Positions 34,748 through 43,958 of a stretch of 64,000 nt of DNA are shown here, piece after piece (the first letter of the stretch is position 1; each line of letters opens with the position of its first letter). The DNA lies in assembly GCF_053078305.1 (NCBI RefSeq), contig NZ_CP166879.1. The stretch is one strand, 5' to 3'. The position numbers were made by a program, and so were the translations under genes. The notes under the pieces were generated by a model, which saw only the letters and a program-made list of their open reading frames with translations, did no database searches and was not told the origin of the DNA.

Positions 34748-35266
34748 TTACGCTTTGGCTTCTTTATGGGTTAAATTGAAATGATGCTCCTTGGTTTCAT
34801 CTCCCTCGAAAATCTCTCTAACCTTTTGATCTGATAAATTATTAAGGCTCAATGCTGCCAGGCGTCGAATACCTGTTAAAGCGATCAACTCTTGATTCTC
34901 TTGATTGCAGAATTCCAGCAATTTTTCTACCCCTTTCCTTCTCAAGGTGTAAATAACTAATTCTTGCTCTTCTTGGCTCAAAGTGTCGATGAGTTCGAGC
35001 AACTCGCTATTGCCACCGTTCTTTTGAGGGGGCTGGTGTTTTATTTCTGCACTACCTGTAATGATGGAAACAACATGTGCAGGTAAGTCGCTTAAACGGT
35101 AGGCAAATGCTCTCCCTCTGATACCAGGTGTAGTTACCGAACGTTTTTCCCATCCTTCATTTTTTGCTCGTTTATGAAGCCCAGCCAGAGATGAAGGAAG
35201 ACCTCCAACCCCCAACAAGTCACTGGCAAGGATCCATTCTTGGTCAAGGATCATATCAAACTCCAT
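34748..35266 (-). CDS. Mu c-type prophage repressor
   Basis: 172 aa, transcribed leftward ~280 bp from the left end; N-terminal motif LPSSLAGLHKRAK shared with the transposase N-terminus (LPSSLAGLHKKAK). Confidence 0.7.
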   Translation of the reverse strand: MEFDMILDQEWILASDLLGVGGLPSSLAGLHKRAKNEGWEKRSVTTPGIRGRAFAYRLSDLPAHVVSIITGSAEIKHQPPQKNGGNSELLELIDTLSQEEQELVIYTLRRKGVEKLLEFCNQENQELIALTGIRRLAALSLNNLSDQKVREIFEGDETKEHHFNLTHKEAKA

Positions 35267-35483
35267 TTGATATTAACTTTTGTTTATATCTTTTATGCGG
35301 TTTATTTCAAAAATAACTCAATAAAAAACAAATAGATACAGAGCAAATTTAAAAATTTGAAATTAACCAGTTGATATTTACTAAGTTAATATCTAACATA
35401 TCAAACATACACTAGTGAGTAACTCAATAGAGTAGCACACATGAGTAATAAAGTTTGCCATAGAAAGTACACAGGGGGCCATT
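35267..35483. promoter_or_regulatory. Early regulatory region (divergent repressor/early promoters and operators)
   Basis: 217-bp AT-rich intergenic region between divergent repressor and ner, with ttgatat-type direct and inverted repeats. Confidence 0.5.
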
Positions 35484-35729
35484 GTGAGTCTTATTGAAGA
35501 TTGGTCTTCCGCCGATATAAAGGCAGCCTTAGAAAAACGCGATACCAATTTGTCACGTTTATCAAGGGAAAATAATTTGCAGCCTAGGACTTTGGGTAAT
35601 GCTTTGCGAGTTCCCTACCCTAAAGGTGAAAAGATAATTGCTAGGGCTATAGGTGTAGAGCCACAGGTTATTTGGCCTACTAGATATGAACGACGTGCGC
35701 GGAGGAAATATGTGGGTTGCAATGACTGA
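35484..35729 (+). CDS. ner: Ner/Nlp-family DNA-binding protein
   Basis: 81 aa; resembles Mu Ner / E. coli Nlp (...LSRLSRENNLQPRTLGNALRVPYPKGEKIIARAIGVEPQVIWPTRY). Confidence 0.75.
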   Translation: MSLIEDWSSADIKAALEKRDTNLSRLSRENNLQPRTLGNALRVPYPKGEKIIARAIGVEPQVIWPTRYERRARRKYVGCND

Positions 35730-37794
35730 ATTGATTTCATTCAGTGACCTACCTAGTTCTTTGGCAGGTCTGCACAAAAAAGCAAAGAGGGAAGCGTGGA
35801 AAACGCGGCTAAAACCAGGGGTAAAAGGGAAAGTTTTAGAGTGTGAAATAGGAGCTTTGCCTTTAACTGTTCAGCAGGCAGTACGCGAACGCCATGCCCT
35901 GCAACTGATGACGCAAAAAGCCGATGAATCACCGGCTCCGGTGGTGACAAAGGCCAGACGCTCACCTGCCGTGGTTGATGCGGTGGAGGCATATCGCGGA
36001 TCACCCCAACTGATGGTCGAACGCCTCAATGCCCTGACTGAAAATCAGCGCCAGGTGGCTGATGCACGAATCGCGATCGTCAGCGAAGTTCTGAAAGTCG
36101 CGCAACAACCTGGTTTCAGCTGTGCGAAGGCTATCCGGTTTATCGTTGACAACCTGGCACGTTCGCAGTTGGACGAGCGCATTGTGGCAATGGTTGAGAC
36201 GGCGAACGCCAAAAAGGGAAACAGCCGCGCGTTAAGTGAAATCACGCTGAAACGCTGGATTGCGGCCTTTAACAAGGCGCAGAACGCCGCTGAACGCCTG
36301 CTTTTACTGGCACCGGGTAAGCGCCAGGAAATAAAAGCCGAAGATATTAACTGGCTGCCCGAATTTCTGGCGCAGTATCGCCAGTCAAACGGCCGACCAA
36401 TGACCGAGGCTTACGAGGATTTTGTCGCTGAATGGCAGCACCGGCACGCCGATGAGCCTTATATGCTCGATATCATGCCGTCTTATGACACCATTCGCCG
36501 CGCAATGAAGAAACTGCCGGAAGTGGTGAAACAAAAAGGCCGGGTGACCGGCAGTGAATACCGCCAGCTTGAGGGATTCACGCGCCGCGACTGGTCAAAA
36601 ATGCCGGTGAATTATGTCTGGATTGGTGACGGTCACGGCATGAAGCTGAAATGCGCACACCCGGTTCACGGTCGGCCATTTGCACCGGAAGTGACCTTTG
36701 TTATCGACGGTGGCACGCGCTTTGTGGTGGGCTGGAGCCTTGACCTGGCTGAAAATGTTTTCGCCGTAGCCGGTGCCATACAGCACGGCATTCGCCATCA
36801 CGGCAAACCGTTTCTGTATTACTCGGATAACGGCTCCGGGGAAACCGCCGACATCCTGGATAAGGAGGTTGTGGGGATACTGCCGCGACTGGGGATTAAT
36901 CACCCGACCGGGATTGCCGGTAATCCGCAGGGACGAGGCATTATCGAACGGCTTAACCGCACATTACCGATGCGCATAGCCCGTAAATACCGCACCTATT
37001 TCGGGAAAGGTGCAGATCGCGAGACGTTACGCAAAACCAACCGCGATTTACGCTCGGCATTTACTGCCCTGCAACAGGGCAAACGGCTGAACGCCCGGCA
37101 GCAGTCAGCGATGCGTGATTTACCGTCCTGGTCTGAACTGATTGATGCCATTCGTGACGGTGTTGAGTGGTACAACAACCGGCCGCACGATGAATTACCG
37201 GTGAAGCCGAACGGCAAGCATTACAGCCCGGCGGAGTTCAGAAAAAAACGCCTGGCGGAAGAGGACACGGAAATTGAATGGCTGTCCGATGTTGAGCTGC
37301 GGGATATGTTCCGGCCGATGGTGGAACGCCCTGTAAGACGCTGTGAAATACGCTGGCTGAATAATATTTACTACGCGCCCGAGCTGCGTGACGAGCATGG
37401 TCGTAAGGTGCTTATCAGCTATGACATTCATGATGCCGAACGAATTACCGTACGTCGCCTGGATGGCAGCGTGATTTGCGAGGCGGTATGGGACGGTAAT
37501 AAACGCGAAGCCTTCCCGGTTAGCGCGGAATACTACAAACAGCAGCAACGCCTTAAAGGCATGCGTAAACGCGCAGAGGAAAAAATCCGTGATGCCGAGG
37601 ATGAGGTTGTCAACGTGCTGGAGCACAAGCCGCAGGAGCCCTGGCTGGAAAACATATACCGCCCTGTGGGTAATACGGTGACCGTTCAGCAACCGGTCGC
37701 TGACGATGAACCTGATGAAGAATACGAGCGTAATTTCCAGCGGGGATTGCAGTTGCTGGAAGCGAAATTAAAAGAAAATGACCCGCTGGCCTGA
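35710..37794 (+). CDS. Mu-type DDE transposase (MuA-like)
   Basis: ORF 35686..37794; N-terminal repressor-like DNA-binding domain; DDE core (WIGDGHG, YYSDNGSGE); start codon ambiguous. Confidence 0.9.
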   Translation: MWVAMTELISFSDLPSSLAGLHKKAKREAWKTRLKPGVKGKVLECEIGALPLTVQQAVRERHALQLMTQKADESPAPVVTKARRSPAVVDAVEAYRGSPQLMVERLNALTENQRQVADARIAIVSEVLKVAQQPGFSCAKAIRFIVDNLARSQLDERIVAMVETANAKKGNSRALSEITLKRWIAAFNKAQNAAERLLLLAPGKRQEIKAEDINWLPEFLAQYRQSNGRPMTEAYEDFVAEWQHRHADEPYMLDIMPSYDTIRRAMKKLPEVVKQKGRVTGSEYRQLEGFTRRDWSKMPVNYVWIGDGHGMKLKCAHPVHGRPFAPEVTFVIDGGTRFVVGWSLDLAENVFAVAGAIQHGIRHHGKPFLYYSDNGSGETADILDKEVVGILPRLGINHPTGIAGNPQGRGIIERLNRTLPMRIARKYRTYFGKGADRETLRKTNRDLRSAFTALQQGKRLNARQQSAMRDLPSWSELIDAIRDGVEWYNNRPHDELPVKPNGKHYSPAEFRKKRLAEEDTEIEWLSDVELRDMFRPMVERPVRRCEIRWLNNIYYAPELRDEHGRKVLISYDIHDAERITVRRLDGSVICEAVWDGNKREAFPVSAEYYKQQQRLKGMRKRAEEKIRDAEDEVVNVLEHKPQEPWLENIYRPVGNTVTVQQPVADDEPDEEYERNFQRGLQLLEAKLKENDPLA

Positions 37795-37865
37795 AATAAA
37801 AAAATAACCCGAGCGGCGACTCAGGTTATTTGATTAAACAAGGTATCAAATGAAAGGTTAATAAT

Positions 37866-38798
37866 ATGACTGATATTAACGATGTAATCAAGACCATTGA
37901 TGAACTTATTGATGGCGGCGTACTGACGCAGTATGCCATCGCCAGAGAGGCGGGAATTTCCGACGGCACATTATCGGCTTTCCGTAAGGGAAAATATAAA
38001 GGCGATAACGCTGCTGTGGCTGCTTCCCTGCGTTCCTGGTATGAGAACTGGAATAAACAAAGCGCACTGCCGGAACCGCCGCAGTTTGTGGAAACGCAGA
38101 CAGTCCAGGAGCTGCGCACACTGTTTCAGGCGGTTCGTCTGATGGGCTGTATTAACGTTATTGTGGGCGTACCGGGTGTGGGTAAAACGGCCACTGCCCG
38201 TAATTACTGCCAGGAGCAACCAAACACCTGGATGATCACCCTGTCACCCGCGCACTCCAGCGTCACGGAGTGTCTGCTGGAGCTGGCCGATGCGCTGGGG
38301 ATTGATTACACCCGCGCGAACAAAGGGGCATTATCCCGCGCCATCCGCCGTCGCCTGATGGGAACGCGTGGACTGGTGATTGTGGATGAGGCGGATCATC
38401 TTGGTATTGACGGTCTGGAGCAACTCCGGGCAATTCAGGACGCCACGGGGATCGGGATGGTGCTTATTGGTAACCCGCGCGGATTGTTTAAAGGTGGACG
38501 CCGCGCCTTTGATGATTTATCGCGCCTGTTCAGCCGTCTTGCCCGTACAAAACAACTTCGCAAGGCCAAAAAGGCGGATGTGCTGGCCATTGCCAGTGCG
38601 TGGGGGATCAGTGGTGAGGCCGAGCTGGCCGTCATGCAGGCTATCGCTGAAAAGCCGGGAGCGTTACGCGTTCTGACACATACGCTTAACCAGGCGTGGC
38701 TCACCGCCAGCGGTGAAGGCGCGGCGCTGACAGAAAAACATATTAATGCGGCCTTTAAAGAGGTTTATACCAACCCTGAATTACTCTCACAGGTGTGA
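37866..38798 (+). CDS. Mu B-like AAA+ ATPase (target DNA activator)
   Basis: 310 aa; N-terminal HTH, Walker A GVPGVGKT, Walker B VIVDEADHL. Confidence 0.85.
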   Translation: MTDINDVIKTIDELIDGGVLTQYAIAREAGISDGTLSAFRKGKYKGDNAAVAASLRSWYENWNKQSALPEPPQFVETQTVQELRTLFQAVRLMGCINVIVGVPGVGKTATARNYCQEQPNTWMITLSPAHSSVTECLLELADALGIDYTRANKGALSRAIRRRLMGTRGLVIVDEADHLGIDGLEQLRAIQDATGIGMVLIGNPRGLFKGGRRAFDDLSRLFSRLARTKQLRKAKKADVLAIASAWGISGEAELAVMQAIAEKPGALRVLTHTLNQAWLTASGEGAALTEKHINAAFKEVYTNPELLSQV

Positions 38799-39022
38799 TT
38801 ATGGCGGTATTTAATATTCCTGATATTTACGGACGCTTTTACCTGGTTAATTTCGATAACGTGAAGGTGATTTCACTGGCCGAAAATAAAGAATGTGGCG
38901 ATTTACTTTTTGAATTTAATGACCGCACACGAATGGTGATATCTGCCGGACTTGATCGCGAAGGTGCGACAGACGTTTACAGCGGAATATGCCGTTCTGT
39001 TGGTGCGAAACAAGTCAGCTAA
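38795..39022 (+). CDS. Hypothetical protein (prophage accessory region)
   Basis: 75-aa ORF overlapping B stop by 4 bp; no recognisable motif. Confidence 0.45.
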   Translation: MIMAVFNIPDIYGRFYLVNFDNVKVISLAENKECGDLLFEFNDRTRMVISAGLDREGATDVYSGICRSVGAKQVS

Positions 39023-39289
39023 ATGAGGTGTTATATGAATATGCAATCCTGCGGTAACAAAATGAATTTATTCGACTCCCTGAACAGCGCGCGCCGTCTG
39101 ACCGAACTTGCCGGTGCGGTACTGGAACGCAGTAAGCGCTATCCGCAACGTTTTGCACTGAAAACCACGCCGCCGGTAGGCAACGTGCAGGGAACCGGTG
39201 AAATTGAAATCACCATACAGACCAACGGCCTGCGCCGCCGTGTGAAGGCCACCCGCATCAGCGGCTGCACGGTTTACTGGGAGGTGTGA
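39023..39289 (+). CDS. Hypothetical protein (prophage accessory region)
   Basis: 88-aa ORF, tightly packed in the same operon; start may be an internal Met. Confidence 0.45.
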   Translation: MRCYMNMQSCGNKMNLFDSLNSARRLTELAGAVLERSKRYPQRFALKTTPPVGNVQGTGEIEITIQTNGLRRRVKATRISGCTVYWEV

Positions 39290-39366
39290 GGTGAAAAAAA
39301 AATCTCATTGCATGGGCGTGGTCGAGTGGTCTTATTGAGTTTGGTTACGTCCTGCCGGAAGGTGCA

Positions 39367-39573
39367 TTGCCGATAGTTGCCGGAAAGCCTGCCACGGTAC
39401 GGCATGTGATTGAGGTTATGGCGCGTCATGGACGTGATGAACAGGAGCAGTTACTGGTTCCGGGGATACCGGAAGCGGTGACGGAGGAAGAAGCCTTTAA
39501 TGCCATGATTCGGTTCTGCCGTGAGGTCAGACGCCGGGTCAGTTATCCAAACAGAACGAGGACCAGAGGATGA
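39367..39573 (+). CDS. Hypothetical small acidic protein
   Basis: 68-aa ORF; possible upstream GTG extension near 39292; stop overlaps next start. Confidence 0.4.
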   Translation: MPIVAGKPATVRHVIEVMARHGRDEQEQLLVPGIPEAVTEEEAFNAMIRFCREVRRRVSYPNRTRTRG

Positions 39574-39842
39574 GTAAAGTCGTACGCATTATTTTCGAAT
39601 ACAAGGAGCACGTTATCCATAAAAACGCGGATGGAACAGTGCGCATGGGGATAAGTCTGGACATACGTTCAACCGGGATAAAGCAGAAAGGTGATGGACC
39701 TGCCATGATTTTTGGGGTGGTTATGCTCGCGGAAAGCAGAGACTTTGCTGAACTTGTGGCAATGAAAGCCAGTGCGCTCATGAAAGATATGAGCATGCGT
39801 TCCGGGGTTATTAAAGGTAATGAATTTAATCAGCAGGGGTAA
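39570..39842 (+). CDS. Hypothetical protein, paralogue A of a tandem pair
   Basis: 90 aa, MSKVVRIIFEYKEHVIHKNADGTV...; N-terminus resembles the next gene. Confidence 0.5.
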   Translation: MSKVVRIIFEYKEHVIHKNADGTVRMGISLDIRSTGIKQKGDGPAMIFGVVMLAESRDFAELVAMKASALMKDMSMRSGVIKGNEFNQQG

Positions 39843-39846
39843 TTCC

Positions 39847-40140
39847 ATGAGCAAAGTACGCGTTATTTTTGAATTTAAGCATGTTTCGCATGACGAAAAA
39901 CCGGCAGGCAATGACTGTGTTGAAGTGCATGAAAAGATTGGTGTGGATGTAAAAACAGAACGTGATACGAATAACAGGCCGACGTCACTCTGTGACGTTT
40001 ATGTAAGTATTCTCCAGTATCACAGTCCTGAAATTATTCAGTTTCTCTCAGCGGAATTTCAGGCATCTGTACAGGCTTTTGGGGCGGATGCCATCATTAA
40101 ACGCCACCGCGTGCATAAAGCATCAGGCACACTGCAATAA
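39847..40140 (+). CDS. Hypothetical protein, paralogue B of a tandem pair
   Basis: ORF 39820..40140; likely start MSKVRVIFEFKHVSHDEKPAGND... Confidence 0.5.
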   Translation: MSKVRVIFEFKHVSHDEKPAGNDCVEVHEKIGVDVKTERDTNNRPTSLCDVYVSILQYHSPEIIQFLSAEFQASVQAFGADAIIKRHRVHKASGTLQ

Positions 40141-40151
40141 GGAAAAACAAA

Positions 40152-40682
40152 ATGGCAAAACGCGTTACAAAATTAAAGGCCGCAGCAGAGGCGGCACCGC
40201 AGACCCGTGAAGAGGTCAGCCGCGATATCCGCACCCTGGGCGATATTCAGCGAGAGGCGCTGCGCCTGGAAACAGCGATGAATGATGAAGTGGCAGAAAT
40301 CACCGCCCGTTATACGCCGCAGATTGAAAACCTTAAAAAAGAAATCAAAGTGCTTTTTAAGGGGATTCAGGACTGGTGCAAAACCAACCGTGATGAGCTG
40401 ACGAACGGCGGCAAAACCAAAACTGCCAATCTGACCACCGGAACAGTGTCATGGCGGCTGGGAAATCCATCATGCAGCGTCAGCCGTGATGTGGAAGGTG
40501 TGATTGAAATGCTGCGCCGTATGGGGCTTGAGCGATTCATCCGCACGAAAGAGGAAGTGAACAAGGAAGCGGTCCTGGCGGAGCCGGATGCAGTGAAAGG
40601 CATTGCCGGTATTAAGGTGAATAAAGGCGCTGAAAGTTTTTATGTCGAGCCTTTTGAACAGGACGCCGGACTGAATAAATAA
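40152..40682 (+). CDS. gam: Host-nuclease inhibitor Gam (Mu Gam family, DNA-end binding)
   Basis: 176 aa; size, position after B and sequence features consistent with Mu Gam. Confidence 0.75.
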   Translation: MAKRVTKLKAAAEAAPQTREEVSRDIRTLGDIQREALRLETAMNDEVAEITARYTPQIENLKKEIKVLFKGIQDWCKTNRDELTNGGKTKTANLTTGTVSWRLGNPSCSVSRDVEGVIEMLRRMGLERFIRTKEEVNKEAVLAEPDAVKGIAGIKVNKGAESFYVEPFEQDAGLNK

Positions 40683-40779
40683 CACCGCATTAAATCTTTA
40701 AATATCACATCGTTTTAAGTATGGCGCTCGCGTCAGGGGACTGTCTGCGCCTGTAAACTGAAAATAAGGAACAGGATAT

Positions 40780-41322
40780 ATGGCATATTTTTATTTCAAA
40801 TTAGACCGTGTGCAGACAAATAAATATTTCACCAAATATCAACAGACTGTTTTACCGCTACGCAACAGTATTCTTCGGGCATTACTGAAAAATACAGGCG
40901 CTGCCGGATTGCGCTTAAAGCCGTTTGCCATGGACGTAATCAGTGAGTTTTATTTTTCTGGTACTCTGCCTGCGGGCTGGCGTAAGCGCGATGATGTGGC
41001 TTTTATCGGGGACGGACCGTGCTTTATTGCCAGACCTGATGAGTCATGCCCTGAAGGACCGGCGATTGCCGCAATGATTGAAGCCGCTGAACGCGAGTTA
41101 AGAAAGCGTCCTGATTTCCTTGTCTGGCTCTGTGAAAAGCTGGGGGTAATGAGAATCCCCTCCATGTTTAACATGGACTCCTGGTGGACCCCGTCGCTCT
41201 CCCGTGATGCCCTGTGCGTGGTGTTTAAAGTAGGCGCTTATGGCAGGGAAATAAAAGGGGGTATTCCTGAAGAATGCCAGGAGATTAAACATTCTGAATA
41301 TGTGGCGCTGACGGAGGAATAA
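40780..41322 (+). CDS. Hypothetical protein
   Basis: 180-aa ORF, no recognisable motif. Confidence 0.45.
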   Translation: MAYFYFKLDRVQTNKYFTKYQQTVLPLRNSILRALLKNTGAAGLRLKPFAMDVISEFYFSGTLPAGWRKRDDVAFIGDGPCFIARPDESCPEGPAIAAMIEAAERELRKRPDFLVWLCEKLGVMRIPSMFNMDSWWTPSLSRDALCVVFKVGAYGREIKGGIPEECQEIKHSEYVALTEE

Positions 41323-41325
41323 TTC

Positions 41326-41859
41326 ATGATTGATGCAAAAGTGCTTGAAGGGGTTAAAAACTGGCTGAGTATTTACGGGCGTCTGACCTGCGGAGTTCTG
41401 GCTGAAAAAATGAATATGCCGCCATCCTCGATGGTTTATTTTCTGCGTGATGCGGTTGATGCCGGGGTGCTGACGGAATGTAACGGTTTTTATGATATTC
41501 CGCGTCCCCGCCCGGTGCAGCCGGTTCGTCGCAAATGCAGCCAGGAGTCTGCGGCTGATGATGTTCAGTGGTGCAGCTTCAGAAAATCCCTGCCGTGGAT
41601 TGAGGGGCATGATATTCCGTCGATGGCGTGGGAATTTGCTCAGGGCATACTGACCTGTGAAACCGTTTATGTGGTGGCTGAAGTTGATGAGCAGGCCATG
41701 AAAGAAGGCGTGCCCCAGTTTGTGATGGCGTATATCGACATACGCCTGGGTGTCATTATCTGCGGTTTAAGCGGCTGGAATATCACCTCGCGCGTTCTGC
41801 GTTACCTGATTGTTGACCGGACGGCCGCGCCTGCCGGGATATCTGCGGAGGTGGCGTAA
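41326..41859 (+). CDS. Hypothetical protein (possible N-terminal winged helix)
   Basis: 177-aa ORF, 3 bp after previous stop. Confidence 0.45.
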   Translation: MIDAKVLEGVKNWLSIYGRLTCGVLAEKMNMPPSSMVYFLRDAVDAGVLTECNGFYDIPRPRPVQPVRRKCSQESAADDVQWCSFRKSLPWIEGHDIPSMAWEFAQGILTCETVYVVAEVDEQAMKEGVPQFVMAYIDIRLGVIICGLSGWNITSRVLRYLIVDRTAAPAGISAEVA

Positions 41860-42374
41860 TGTTCTTTAAAACATCAAACCCTTCCGCGCTGGCCGCGTGG
41901 CAAAAATATCAGCAGGACTGCCAGAAAGTTAAGGATGAGGCAAAACGCCTTGAGGCCGTGCTGAATGTTGCGTGCCGGTCGGTATTTGTATCCGGTATCA
42001 GTGGCTTTTGTTTTAAAGGGCTGCGCTTTATGGATGACAAATATCCTTTTCATCGCGACTTATGGCGAAAACCGACTGCGTCGAATGGCTGGAGCTGCAC
42101 ACCGCGCACATCACGTATTCCCAAAGCCCTGCGCGTTGCCTCTGACGAACTTAACAGTCTGTGGCGTGAATATTCGCCCGTCACGTATGCCAGAACCGAT
42201 GCACTGTTGTTCTGGCTGGGTATTGATTTCTCGGCAATCATGTTTGGCCCTGTGAAGTGGTTCTGCGTTGACGATGTGATTTACCTTGAGTGCGGCGTAA
42301 AACCCGCAAATCAGAAAATGACCGAAATTCTGTCTGATGAGTTTTATGCTGCTGAAAAGCGAGTCAGGGGGTGA
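41859..42374 (+). CDS. Hypothetical protein
   Basis: 171-aa ORF, start overlaps previous stop. Confidence 0.45.
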   Translation: MFFKTSNPSALAAWQKYQQDCQKVKDEAKRLEAVLNVACRSVFVSGISGFCFKGLRFMDDKYPFHRDLWRKPTASNGWSCTPRTSRIPKALRVASDELNSLWREYSPVTYARTDALLFWLGIDFSAIMFGPVKWFCVDDVIYLECGVKPANQKMTEILSDEFYAAEKRVRG

Positions 42375-42377
42375 TGT

Positions 42378-42929
42378 ATGATGATTTTACAACCCATGGG
42401 GCGAAAAGGTCAGGCACCTGCTCATGTCCGTGCGTGGACACCTGAAGAAGATGCGCTGCTGATTGCGCTTTATCCATCCACCCCGGTTAAGGATATTGCT
42501 GTCAGGGTAAAAAGAAGTTTCTGGGGTGTACATAACCGGATTGTTTTATTACGCGGTACTTACCCGGAGTTGCTCAAATGCAAACGTCCAAGATTTAAAC
42601 ATGATGAAGATAAATTTATCCGAAAAAATGCCAGAACGATGACCGGTAAGCAAATAGGAGAATATCTGGGGCGAGACCGGGATTCTGTCCACAATCGGGC
42701 GCGATATATTGGCGTAAGCATGAAAAAATACGGAGAATTGCTGCCCTTCACCCGTATACCTGACGATGATGTTCATCTTATTCGTGAATTACGGGATGCT
42801 GAATCACCACGACGTCTTACCTTCCGGGAAATAGGCGAGAAATTTGAATTATCCGAGAGTACGGTGAATTTTATTTATCACCATCGCCGGACTGCCGAGG
42901 ACGCTGTATTACGGGAGTTAACGCCATGA
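42378..42929 (+). CDS. Hypothetical DNA-binding protein with three tandem ~45-aa Myb/HTH-like repeats
   Basis: 183 aa; repeats begin WTPEEDALLIALY..., KHDEDKFIRKNAR..., IPDDDVHLIRELRD..., each ending in an S-x-x-N-R/H-R-R-like motif; AT-rich codon usage. Confidence 0.5.
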   Translation: MMILQPMGRKGQAPAHVRAWTPEEDALLIALYPSTPVKDIAVRVKRSFWGVHNRIVLLRGTYPELLKCKRPRFKHDEDKFIRKNARTMTGKQIGEYLGRDRDSVHNRARYIGVSMKKYGELLPFTRIPDDDVHLIRELRDAESPRRLTFREIGEKFELSESTVNFIYHHRRTAEDAVLRELTP

Positions 42930-43111
42930 TAAAGAGACTTGTATTTTTCGCAATTTTCGTTCCGGTGTTGGGGGTTGGTTTTATATTTGCGATTACAGGA
43001 AACCTGTCCATGATGCCAGATATTTGGTTCTTTATCAGGATGTCGCTCTTCCTGTTTATTATGAATCTTCTTATCGACATATATATCCGTATTACTGGAA
43101 AACATAAATGA
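42926..43111 (+). CDS. Small hydrophobic membrane protein (2 predicted TM)
   Basis: 61 aa; MIKRLVFFAIFVPVLGVGFIFAITG... and FFIRMSLFLFIMNLLIDIYI; very AT-rich. Confidence 0.45.
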   Translation: MIKRLVFFAIFVPVLGVGFIFAITGNLSMMPDIWFFIRMSLFLFIMNLLIDIYIRITGKHK

Positions 43112-43482
43112 GAAAAATCACGTCCTTGTCAGAGTTACAGGAGATGAATATGAGTATTGAATTAAGATCGTCTTATGAGTATCGCAAATTTCTTATCGCC
43201 GGAGGCATGAAACCGGAAGATGTGGAAAAAATCGTTTCTTTTATGGATAAGGAATGTGACAAGCGGGATGTGTCAGAAATTATTATGGATGACATGATTC
43301 TGGATTCAGTCGTGGCGTTAAGTCCGTTATGGATTGTGCATTCTCTTGCGGAAATTGCCAAAGGCACCGATAAACAGGCAGCTGTTGCTGCCCTTCAGAC
43401 GCTTAATGAAATGCGTATATCTCCACGCCCGACATTAATACAGATGATTTTGTCCAGTATGGAGGATAAAGCAAATGAATAG
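43108..43482 (+). CDS. Hypothetical cytoplasmic protein
   Basis: 124-aa ORF, start overlaps previous stop; possible internal start at MSIELRS. Confidence 0.45.
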   Translation: MRKITSLSELQEMNMSIELRSSYEYRKFLIAGGMKPEDVEKIVSFMDKECDKRDVSEIIMDDMILDSVVALSPLWIVHSLAEIAKGTDKQAAVAALQTLNEMRISPRPTLIQMILSSMEDKANE

Positions 43483-43672
43483 TCTACCCGCTGGATGGGC
43501 GCGCCCTCTGATGGCTAAGAAGCATCATTTTTTTAAAACTGGCGATAATATCAGTATATGTAGGCGGTGGTTATATCTGGCTCATAATCGCGAGCCGGAT
43601 ACATTTGAAAGCCCTGATGACTGTGCCGAATGTCGCAGAAGACTGAATAAGGAGAAAGATAATGGACAGTAG
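43475..43672 (+). CDS. Hypothetical small protein with Cys/His cluster
   Basis: 65 aa; C...H...CAEC spacing suggests a possible small zinc-binding knuckle. Confidence 0.4.
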   Translation: MNSLPAGWARPLMAKKHHFFKTGDNISICRRWLYLAHNREPDTFESPDDCAECRRRLNKEKDNGQ

Positions 43673-43958
43673 TTCGCAGTTGTTCTGGTGTTTATATATC
43701 ACATCGTTTTTCGGTGCATTCGTCATTACACGATGGCTGTGCCGGAAAGTTATCAGTATTTTTCATAAAAAATACCTGATTGGGCTGGCGGCGACTTCTC
43801 TGATTAATGCACTTGCCAGATATCATAAGGGGGAATACTACTCAAGAATAAAAACTGATGATGGTTTTAATATTTTTGTGATTCCTCCGGAGTATCGGGT
43901 TCAGCTCGATCGGGAAAGTAATATCTATCATATCAGCAGGAGTGTTGATACAGCATGA
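43662..43958 (+). CDS. Small membrane protein (N-terminal TM helix)
   Basis: 98 aa; LFWCLYITSFFGAFVITRWL hydrophobic segment. Confidence 0.45.
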   Translation: MDSSSQLFWCLYITSFFGAFVITRWLCRKVISIFHKKYLIGLAATSLINALARYHKGEYYSRIKTDDGFNIFVIPPEYRVQLDRESNIYHISRSVDTA

